Shown here one piece after another: positions 9,099 through 16,810 of a stretch of DNA of 55,395 nucleotides. The notes under the pieces were generated by a model. It did no database searches, was not told the DNA's origin, and worked only from the letters and a program-made list of their open reading frames with translations. This stretch comes from an uncultured Gammaproteobacteria bacterium (GTDB lineage: Bacteria; Patescibacteriota; Microgenomatia; UBA10105; UBA927), in assembly GCA_964361785.1 (NCBI GenBank), contig CAYIBX010000005.1, positions 1 through 55,395 of the forward strand, read 5' to 3'. The position numbers and the translations under genes are program-made. Each line of letters begins with the position of its first letter. Position 1 is the first letter of the stretch.

Positions 9099-11150
9099 TT
9101 AATCTTTAATAGATTCAATTTTACTCTCTTTGCGTATTTCACTCAAGAGGGGAATAGTAGCATGATCAACTTGCGATGCAAAAAGTATGTCTACCTCCGT
9201 TTTCGCAGCGTGTACAAGTGAGGCATTCGTATACGAGGCAATTTTTAGGTCCGGCAACCCGTGTTGACGTGTCCCGAAGAGTTGGCCGGGCCCACGAAGA
9301 GTCAAATCGAGCTCTGCAAGCTCTGGTCCGCTGTGGGTAGTTTCCAGTGCTTTTAATCGTTTGATGGAGAGTTCTTGTATACTCTCTGTAAATAGTAAAC
9401 AATATGAAGACAAATCGTTTCTTCCTACGCGACCTCGTAGTTGATGAAGTTGCGATAATCCAAATCGATCTGCAGCCTCAATAACCATGATGGTGGCATT
9501 GGGGATATCGATACCCACTTCTACCACTGGGGTGGAGACGAGAATATCGATTTTTTTGGCACGAAAGTCAGCTAAAAGCGTATCTTTTTCTTTCGGTTTC
9601 ATCCGGCCGTGCAAAAGTCCCACGCGAAAATCTTTAAATTCATGAGCTTTCAAGTGTTCATATTCAGATGTAGCAGCTTTGACCGTGACTAAGGTATCGG
9701 ATTCTTCTATAAGCGGACACACGATAAACGCTTGTGTTTTATGTGTCGCAAGCTCTTTTCGTATCCATTCGTATCCCGCCATTCGCTTCTCTTCTGGCAC
9801 CACCCACGTGGTCACAGGTTTTCTTCCTGATGGCATGTGTGTGAGCGTTGAGAGATCCATTTCGCCATACACCACGCGCGCGAGGGTGCGCGGTATTGGT
9901 GTGGCTGTCATGGTGAGCAAATGCGGTGTGGATTTGGCTTTGCTAGTACCTAATAAAATATTGCGTTGTGACACGCCAAAGCGTTGTTGTTCATCAATCA
10001 CGACGAGTCCTACGTTGTTGATACTTTCATTCGTAGAAAGGAGTGCGTGTGTGCCAATCGTAATATGGGCAATGTTTATCCCTTCGTAATTTTTTTGTTC
10101 TTTTTTTTGTCCTGTAATTAATCGGATGTGAATAAGGAGTTTTTCAAAAAGCTTTGTGATCGTTTGATAATGTTGGCTAGCGAGTATTTGCGTGGGTGCC
10201 ATCAGGATTGAGGGAAATCCACTCGTGTGAGCTATATACATAGCTATTGCTGCGACCACCGTTTTCCCTGATCCCACGTCTCCCTCAAGAAGTCTATTCA
10301 TGGGAATATTTTTGCCTATATCCTGTCGTATTTCTTTGATCGACTGTAATTGATCGTCAGTTAAGCCAAATGGTAATCGTGTGATAATCGTTTCAAGTGG
10401 TGCATCATGTATTGTTAATATTGGTGCGTGGGTAAGAAGCTCACGTTGCTTCTTTCTGTATGCTGATTTGGCGATAAGAAGAAACATTTCATCAAATGCG
10501 AGTCTTGCTTTGGCTGTTTGCGCCTCGTCAAGTGTTGTTGGAAAATGGACATTTTGTAATGCTCTCGTAAGTGGTATGAGTTTTTGACGAGTAAGAATAT
10601 CTTGTGAGAGTGATTCTTCTAACTTTGGGAGACACGTTTGCAATATAAAATTTACGCGACCCCGCAGCCATTTGGATGTGACGCCTGCGGTCTCTGGATA
10701 TATCGGTACAAGGCGACCAGTGTGTAGATGTGCATCTATTCCGTCCATCGGTTCATAGACTGGGGATTCTAATACGAGTTTGGACGCAAACCAATTGGCT
10801 TTGCCAGAAACACTCACGGTAGTTTGTGGTTTGAGTATTTTGGTGAGAAACATTTGGTTGTACCATACGCATTCTATGTGTCCCGTCTCATCTGATAACA
10901 CTGCTCTCTGCATGCGTTTGCCTGATTTGGTGAAAATGTTAACGATCGATTCGATCGTCCCGACGACGGTCACCGAATCCTGCGGACGTATGCCACTAAT
11001 GTTGGTTGTGTGGCGATAATCGTCGTAGCGAAATGGAATATGGTAGAGAAGATCACGTACCGTGTATATGCCAAGTTTTTCTAACTTCTCTGCCATCGCA
11101 GGACCGACGCGCGGGATATATTGTGCAGGAGATGAAAGTTCTAGTTGCAT
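9099..11150 (-). CDS. recG: ATP-dependent DNA helicase RecG
   Basis: GDVGSGKT, DEQQRFG, MTATPIPRT, QLRGRVGR motifs; wedge OB domain. Confidence 0.96.
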   Translation of the reverse strand: MQLELSSPAQYIPRVGPAMAEKLEKLGIYTVRDLLYHIPFRYDDYRHTTNISGIRPQDSVTVVGTIESIVNIFTKSGKRMQRAVLSDETGHIECVWYNQMFLTKILKPQTTVSVSGKANWFASKLVLESPVYEPMDGIDAHLHTGRLVPIYPETAGVTSKWLRGRVNFILQTCLPKLEESLSQDILTRQKLIPLTRALQNVHFPTTLDEAQTAKARLAFDEMFLLIAKSAYRKKQRELLTHAPILTIHDAPLETIITRLPFGLTDDQLQSIKEIRQDIGKNIPMNRLLEGDVGSGKTVVAAIAMYIAHTSGFPSILMAPTQILASQHYQTITKLFEKLLIHIRLITGQKKEQKNYEGINIAHITIGTHALLSTNESINNVGLVVIDEQQRFGVSQRNILLGTSKAKSTPHLLTMTATPIPRTLARVVYGEMDLSTLTHMPSGRKPVTTWVVPEEKRMAGYEWIRKELATHKTQAFIVCPLIEESDTLVTVKAATSEYEHLKAHEFKDFRVGLLHGRMKPKEKDTLLADFRAKKIDILVSTPVVEVGIDIPNATIMVIEAADRFGLSQLHQLRGRVGRNDLSSYCLLFTESIQELSIKRLKALETTHSGPELAELDLTLRGPGQLFGTRQHGLPDLKIASYTNASLVHAAKTEVDILFASQVDHATIPLLSEIRKESKIESIKD

Positions 11151-11160
11151 GATTTGTTTT

Positions 11161-11307
11161 CTATCTTGGTGTAAGTGCTTCGGTAAGTGCGTGGCTCATG
11201 AGATTTTCTAATTGAGCATAGTCGCCAGCGTCAGCGGCTTGCATCGCAGTAAGATCAGTTTCTTTGTATGAGGTTGCGCCCTTGGGTTTTGTGCTAGATC
11301 GTTTCAT
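11161..11307 (-). pseudogene. 48-aa ORF, probable internally deleted Fic-family toxin remnant
   Basis: Hand translation MKRSSTKPKGATSYKETDLTAMQAADAGDYAQLENLMSHALTEALTPR; ATGA-coupled to the upstream antitoxin-like ORF; no HPFxxGNGR motif. Confidence 0.45.
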
Positions 11308-11489
11308 CGTTTAACTAAAAGAGAGCGAATGGACTTGCAGGTAACCGATTCTCCCTCAAGTTTTGTAGTTCGGAATATGAGTTCCGGCATAAATGCACGA
11401 AATAGGGATAAAAGAGATTGTTTACTCTGCTTTGCTTTTCGAAAGCTCTTATATCGTCTCTGTAACGTAGTTCGTTGCTTGACTGTCAT
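11304..11489 (-). CDS. Small protein, candidate VbhA-like Fic antitoxin
   Basis: 61 aa containing TTKLEG, which fits the (S/T)xxxE(G/N) Fic-inhibitory motif; TATACT -10 just upstream. Confidence 0.5.
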   Translation of the reverse strand: MTVKQRTTLQRRYKSFRKAKQSKQSLLSLFRAFMPELIFRTTKLEGESVTCKSIRSLLVKR

Positions 11490-11524
11490 ACGTGAGGTTT
11501 AGTATAGCACAAAGTTGTTGAAAT

Positions 11525-11635
11525 TTACTTCAATCCGCCGGAGAGAAGTGGGATAAACGATGTCGCAACGAGTGCAAGTGATGCAATAACCACAATCACT
11601 TTCCAAATCATTTCATGTTTTCGAAAAAAGTTCAT
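11525..11635 (-). CDS. 36-aa single-TM small protein
   Basis: MNFFRKHEMIWKVIVVIASLALVATSFIPLLSGGLK; ATG 1 nt after the tyrS stop; below the ORF-track cutoff. Confidence 0.55.
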   Translation of the reverse strand: MNFFRKHEMIWKVIVVIASLALVATSFIPLLSGGLK

Positions 11636-11636
11636 A

Positions 11637-12845
11637 TTACTTTTTAATAACTTTAAGAATCGTATGGGGTCCAATATTTATTATATCATTATTATTTAGG
11701 AGAGTGCCATCATTTTCTCTTAGCAATGTTGAGTTGTTTATGTCTATGCTTCCTGATGTAATCAAACGTTTCACTTCAGACTTGCTTTTGTTGTATGGAG
11801 CAGCCCCGAGTGCTTCATATATGGTTGCATTGCTTATTAATACAACAGGTTTTGCAATAGCTGCTTTTGCTGATACGGTTTGTTGCGTGGTGTGTGAGAA
11901 GGCTTGTTCAAACGAACATTGTGCTCTTTCAGCATCCATTTCTGAATTAAATGATTTCGTAAGCTCAAAGGCTAAGCGTTTTTTCCATACCATAGGGTTA
12001 TCCCCTGCTTTTATTTTCTTTTTCATCGTATCTATGGCGTCCATGGGTGTATCAGTAAGTAACGTAAAACATGGGATGATTGCGTCGTCTCCCAAAGACA
12101 TAATTTTGCCATAAAAATCCGTTGGCTCGTCTGCAAGTCCTATGACGTTTCCCTCCGTTTTGCCAATTTTTGTACCCTTGCTATCAGTCAGAAGTGGCAC
12201 AGTCATTACAAATTTTTCTCTGTGTTGAATTTGAGAAACCAATTTTCTTCCCGCGATCATGTTAAACATTTGATCAGTCCCACCGAGTTCTAGATCGATG
12301 TTCATAGCCACTGAGTCGTACCCCACCATAAGGGGGTATAAAAATTCGTGAAGTCCGATTTGATCAGAGCGTTTGATTCTGGCTTGGAACATATCGCGTT
12401 CGATCATTTGTTGTACGGTGAAGTGTGACGCCAAGCGTATGACATCTGCAAATGATAGTTTTGATAACCATTCGTTATTAAACAATACTTCGACAGGATT
12501 ATCTCCATCAAATTTAAGTATTTTTGACGCTTGCCTTTGATATTCTTTTGCGTTTTCTAACACTTGCTCATGGGTAAGGATTGGTCGAGCATCTGCTTTC
12601 CCAGATGGATCGCCAATAGTTGCAGTAAAATCTCCAATAAGAAATATGACTTTGTGTCCTAATTCTTGGAATTTGCGTAATTTACGCATGGCGACGGAGT
12701 GTCCTATATGAAGTCGCGCGCCAGTAGGATCAAATCCTTGGTAGAGGCGAAGTTTTTGGTCGCTTCTTAAAACTTTTTCCAGCGCTTCTTTGCTTGGCAA
12801 TATTGTGTCTACGCCTCGAGATAATAAATGATCTATAGCATCCAT
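11637..12845 (-). CDS. tyrS: Tyrosine--tRNA ligase
   Basis: GFDPTGARLHIGH, GDFTATIGDPSGK, GGTDQMFN, KIGKT motifs; C-terminal S4-like domain. Confidence 0.96.
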   Translation of the reverse strand: MDAIDHLLSRGVDTILPSKEALEKVLRSDQKLRLYQGFDPTGARLHIGHSVAMRKLRKFQELGHKVIFLIGDFTATIGDPSGKADARPILTHEQVLENAKEYQRQASKILKFDGDNPVEVLFNNEWLSKLSFADVIRLASHFTVQQMIERDMFQARIKRSDQIGLHEFLYPLMVGYDSVAMNIDLELGGTDQMFNMIAGRKLVSQIQHREKFVMTVPLLTDSKGTKIGKTEGNVIGLADEPTDFYGKIMSLGDDAIIPCFTLLTDTPMDAIDTMKKKIKAGDNPMVWKKRLAFELTKSFNSEMDAERAQCSFEQAFSHTTQQTVSAKAAIAKPVVLISNATIYEALGAAPYNKSKSEVKRLITSGSIDINNSTLLRENDGTLLNNNDIINIGPHTILKVIKK

Positions 12846-12874
12846 AATTTTCTCCTTTACTATACCATAGTTAT

Positions 12875-13756
12875 TTAGCTATGAGTAGAAAGATCAATAA
12901 TAAATTGTATTTTCTCCGCGAGTGTTTCTTTTGGAATACGAATAAAGAGTGATTCAAACAGTCGCACGATGCTTCCCATATGATTGAGTGCCGCGCGAGC
13001 CATCTCATCATCTTTTCGTGTAGAGAAGAGATCGAGTTTTTCTTTCACATTTTCATTAGGTGATAAAAGTATTCGGGACTCCCCTTCTATAGAAATGTAG
13101 GGTGATGCTTTTGGACGATTACTATCAAAAGTTTTACCAGCTTTACAATGCAAAAATGATAACGGCAATGCATGAGCGTCACGAATTTGTGAGTCAAAAA
13201 ATCGTTCATCATGACCCTGCGGAATTGGATCATTATTGATGGACCAGCCAAGTTTGAGTCTGACATTTTTGACGTTCGTAAACCATGTCATATCTGCGAT
13301 TTCTTTTTGTAGGTATTGATTTGGCATATTTGGCATAGTTTCTAAGATGGTTTGAAATTGAGGGTCCGTATGAATATCAGAGCTTAAGATAACGGTAAAA
13401 TTTTTAAGACGCAGATTTCTTATAACTTTTATACAGGTAGATTTCATTTCGTTTGTGCGTTTTTGTATTATTTCATCGGTCATGAATGTATTTGTTCTCG
13501 CATGCTCATCTGCGATAAGTACAAAGATAGTATCGAGTGAGAGTTCTCGTTGCAATTTTTCGGCTAAAAAGAAAAAGGAAAGAATGTCAAAAGGGATGGC
13601 GGTAGCTGGCTCTTTACTGGTGCAGAGTCCGATGCCAAAAAATAATGATGGATTCACAGTGGACAAAAGCAAGTCCCAATCTATGAAATCCGACGAAAGA
13701 CCCTCTATAAAAAGTGGCTCTTCCTTTAGGATCGATAAAAGTTTTTCTTTTTTCAT
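12875..13756 (-). CDS. Uncharacterised class Ic aaRS-like (TyrRS/TrpRS-fold) protein with no HIGH motif
   Basis: FVLIADEHA, YLQKEIAD (YxxxQ/ExxD spacing), GHDE and KASPY occur in the same order as the TyrRS core motifs. Confidence 0.55.
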   Translation of the reverse strand: MKKEKLLSILKEEPLFIEGLSSDFIDWDLLLSTVNPSLFFGIGLCTSKEPATAIPFDILSFFFLAEKLQRELSLDTIFVLIADEHARTNTFMTDEIIQKRTNEMKSTCIKVIRNLRLKNFTVILSSDIHTDPQFQTILETMPNMPNQYLQKEIADMTWFTNVKNVRLKLGWSINNDPIPQGHDERFFDSQIRDAHALPLSFLHCKAGKTFDSNRPKASPYISIEGESRILLSPNENVKEKLDLFSTRKDDEMARAALNHMGSIVRLFESLFIRIPKETLAEKIQFIIDLSTHS

Positions 13757-13759
13757 AGG

Positions 13760-13844
13760 TGCTGAGACTAGGATTCGAACCTAGGAAGCTCTTTCGAGCG
13801 ACAGATTTACAGTCTGTAGCGATTGACCACTCCGCCATCTCAGC
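13760..13844 (-). tRNA. tRNA-Tyr(GTA)
   Basis: Cloverleaf with GCTGAGA/TCTCAGC acceptor stem, anticodon loop CTGTAAA, long variable arm, GTTCGAATC; CCA not encoded. Confidence 0.96.
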
Positions 13845-13852
13845 TTTTTAAC

Positions 13853-13910
13853 AAAAAAAACACCCGTGTACGTCCCCTTCAATAAAGAAAGAGATATACA
13901 AGGGTGTTTT
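13853..13910 (-). terminator. Intrinsic terminator of the Tyr T-box
   Basis: AAAACACCCTTGTATATCTCTTTC...GAAGGGGACGTACACGGGTGTTTTTTTT. Confidence 0.85.
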
Positions 13911-14185
13911 AGACAAACACGGTACCACCTTGTTTTACTAGGAGTTATGGATTTTTAGCCATAAAAAATCCCGCCGAGACGGGATAACCTAGTCTCATTT
14001 GTATGCTCCGCTTATGGCGACACATACATTCTGCTATTACGGGCGTATCCGGATTGACTTACTTTTATTTTCAGTCTTTCAGCTCGTGGAGGGTATTTCA
14101 AAAAATAAAATTCGGCAAGTCTTGCATCACCCGCTTGCTTTCTTTTTGTCACTTTTATCTTTTTACTTCAGTCTCCGTCAGTGCT
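13853..14185 (-). promoter_or_regulatory. Tyr T-box riboswitch
   Basis: Stem I with TGACGGAG...CTCCACGAG, AGTA and GAAA-TAC specifier (14093-14095); stem II; CAAGGTGGTACCGTG T-box (13918-13932); U-tailed terminator. Confidence 0.92.
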
Positions 14186-14207
14186 TTTCGTATTAACTTG
14201 TCGTTAG

Positions 14208-14249
14208 TTTATAGCACACGTTGTCATCGTTGTCAAACGACAGTACAAT
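14208..14249. promoter_or_regulatory. Overlapping divergent sigma70 promoters for the T-box leader and the PBP gene
   Basis: Minus strand TTGACA(14236-14231)-17 nt-TATAAA(14213-14208); plus strand TTGTCA(14221)-17 nt-TACAAT(14244-14249). Confidence 0.7.
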
Positions 14250-14257
14250 AGTGTTGT

Positions 14258-16810
14258 ATGTATCAATTGTATTTAGAACGTCAACAAAGAAAGTTATTTG
14301 GGTCGCGATCGGCAAGAATTAAAACGATGAGTATTGTCGCATTTGGGAGTTTTTTTCTTCTTATTTTTGGACTCCTGTGTGTCGCTATATTATTTGCGTG
14401 GTATGCTAAAGATCTACCTCGTCCGGATAAAGTACAGCGGAAAGATGGCTTATCTACCATTATTCTCGATCGGAATGGAGAGAAATTGTATGACATATTT
14501 GCCGATGCTAATAGGATTCCTGCTAAATGGGAAGAAGTGCCACAGTGCTTAAAGGATGCCACAGTGGCTGTAGAAGATAAAGATTTTTATAAACATCAGG
14601 GATTATCGACCACTGGAATTTTGCGCGCTCTTATCCGCACAGTCCTTTTTCATGATACACAAGGTGGATCGACACTGACACAGCAATTGGTGAAAAATGT
14701 TTTACTCTCTACCGAGCAAACATTGCCTCGTAAAATGAAGGAAGCAATTCTTTCTATCCAAATAGAACGAAAGTACTCAAAAAACGATATTCTTCTCATG
14801 TATTTAAATGAAGTGCCATATGGCGGTACGGCTATAGGAGTAAAAGCTGCAGCGGAACACTACTTTAGTAAAGACGTCAAAAATTTGTCTATGCCAGAAT
14901 GCGTGATGCTTGCGGGTCTGCCACAGTCCCCTACGACCTATTCGCCATTTACCGGTGAGCCCAAAGCGTATATCAGTCGCACTACCCAAGTATTGCGACG
15001 TATGAGAGAGGACGGATATCTTACCGTAGTTTCAGAAGGAGAAATACGAAAGGCTCTGGATACAGTTGTATTTTCTGCAGGTGATGGTAATTTACGCGCT
15101 CCGCACTTTGTCGCATATGTCAAAGATTTGTTGGTACAAAAATTTGGTGAAAAAATGGTAGAAACAGGCGGGCTCAAGGTGACGACCACGCTCGATTGGA
15201 AACTGCAGGAAACCAGCCAGATAGCTGTGAAAGAGGAGGTAGATAAAGCAAAAAAGTTAAAAGTAGGAAACGGTGCAGCTGTTGTTTTGGATCCAAATAC
15301 AGGTGAAATTCTTACCATGGTAGGAAGCAAAGATTATGGCGCGACGGAAAGTTCTGGATTTAAGTTTAACGTCGTAACGCAAAGCTTACGGCAACCCGGT
15401 TCTGCGATAAAGCCATTTGTCTATGCTGCAGCGTTTACTAAGGGGTATACACCTTCATCGCTTCTTCTAGATGTAGATACCAAGTATCCTTCAGGAGATG
15501 TAAACAAGCCCGAATATAATCCAAAAAATTATGATAGTAAGTATAGAGGTCCTGTGCAACTTCGGTACGCACTCGGCAATTCCATAAACACTATAGCAGT
15601 AAAGACGACAGCACTGGCAGGGGTAAAGGAAGTATTACGACTGAGCTTTGCATTAGGACTTACGACGCTAGAGCCTACCAATGATAATCTCAAACGATTA
15701 GGTCTGTCACTGGCTCTCGGTGGTGGCGAGGTACACATGCTTGATCTGGCTAGTGCTTATGGCGTCTTTGCGACAGGCGGCAAACGCGCGGACCCTGTGG
15801 CAATACTTAGGGTAGAAAATAGTACAGGAAAGGTTATCTTTGAACAAAAATTTGCAACGCTACGTGAAGAACTTGATCCACCTGTCGCATTTCTTATCTC
15901 ATCAATTCTTTCGGACAATGAAGCGCGCAAAGATACGTTTGGATTGAAGTCTTATCTTTTTATCTCAGGGAAAACGGTAGCCGCCAAGACCGGAACAACG
16001 GATGACAAGCGGGACAACTGGACCGCAGGATACACGCCCAAACGCGTGGTCGTGACGTGGGTTGGAAATAATGATAATACGCCCATGCATCCGTCACTTG
16101 CATCTGGTATCACGGGGGCAGCTCCTATCTGGAATCGCATTGTGCGCGAAGCATTGAAGGATTTGCCTGACGAGAATTTTTTGCGCCCAGATGAAATAAT
16201 TGAAATGGACATAGACGGTTTTGGTGGTGGTACGCCTGTAGATGGACAGCCAACGCGAAAAGAGTTTTTTGTGAAAGGCACAGAACCGACTGGCCCTTCA
16301 GCAATTTATCAAAAGTTAAAAATTTCTCGTAAAGACAATTCTAAATTAGCAAATAGTGTAGAGGTCGCCACAGGCGATTATGAAGAAAAACTCTATATTG
16401 TCTTTGCTGAAGACGATCCGGTCTCCGGAGATGGCAAAAATAGATGGCAAGAAGGGATCAATGGATGGATAGTGGGACAAGATAGTAAATATAGGCCGCC
16501 CACAGAGACCCAATCAGGGACAGATCAGGTAGTCGTGAGCATTAAAAAGCCACAGGATGGGGAGAGAATAGATGATAATACCGTTACTATTGAGATAGAA
16601 ACATTTACCACAGAAGATATCGAACGGGTAGAAATCTTTGTGGATGGAGACAAAAAGAAAGAGCGACAGGAGAAATCATTTAGTGAAACTATCACAGTAT
16701 CAAATGGATCACATACGATAACGGTAAAGGCGACGAATAAAAAAGGAAGAACGGATGAGCGAACGATTCATGTGGGGATCAAAGAACCCTACGCGACCCC
16801 TACCCCTTGA
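14258..16810 (+). CDS. Class A bifunctional penicillin-binding protein (PBP1A family)
   Basis: EDKDFYKHQG and GGSTLTQQLVKN (GT51); SAIK, SIN, KTGT transpeptidase motifs; C-terminal Ig-like domain. Confidence 0.95.
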   Translation: MYQLYLERQQRKLFGSRSARIKTMSIVAFGSFFLLIFGLLCVAILFAWYAKDLPRPDKVQRKDGLSTIILDRNGEKLYDIFADANRIPAKWEEVPQCLKDATVAVEDKDFYKHQGLSTTGILRALIRTVLFHDTQGGSTLTQQLVKNVLLSTEQTLPRKMKEAILSIQIERKYSKNDILLMYLNEVPYGGTAIGVKAAAEHYFSKDVKNLSMPECVMLAGLPQSPTTYSPFTGEPKAYISRTTQVLRRMREDGYLTVVSEGEIRKALDTVVFSAGDGNLRAPHFVAYVKDLLVQKFGEKMVETGGLKVTTTLDWKLQETSQIAVKEEVDKAKKLKVGNGAAVVLDPNTGEILTMVGSKDYGATESSGFKFNVVTQSLRQPGSAIKPFVYAAAFTKGYTPSSLLLDVDTKYPSGDVNKPEYNPKNYDSKYRGPVQLRYALGNSINTIAVKTTALAGVKEVLRLSFALGLTTLEPTNDNLKRLGLSLALGGGEVHMLDLASAYGVFATGGKRADPVAILRVENSTGKVIFEQKFATLREELDPPVAFLISSILSDNEARKDTFGLKSYLFISGKTVAAKTGTTDDKRDNWTAGYTPKRVVVTWVGNNDNTPMHPSLASGITGAAPIWNRIVREALKDLPDENFLRPDEIIEMDIDGFGGGTPVDGQPTRKEFFVKGTEPTGPSAIYQKLKISRKDNSKLANSVEVATGDYEEKLYIVFAEDDPVSGDGKNRWQEGINGWIVGQDSKYRPPTETQSGTDQVVVSIKKPQDGERIDDNTVTIEIETFTTEDIERVEIFVDGDKKKERQEKSFSETITVSNGSHTITVKATNKKGRTDERTIHVGIKEPYATPTP

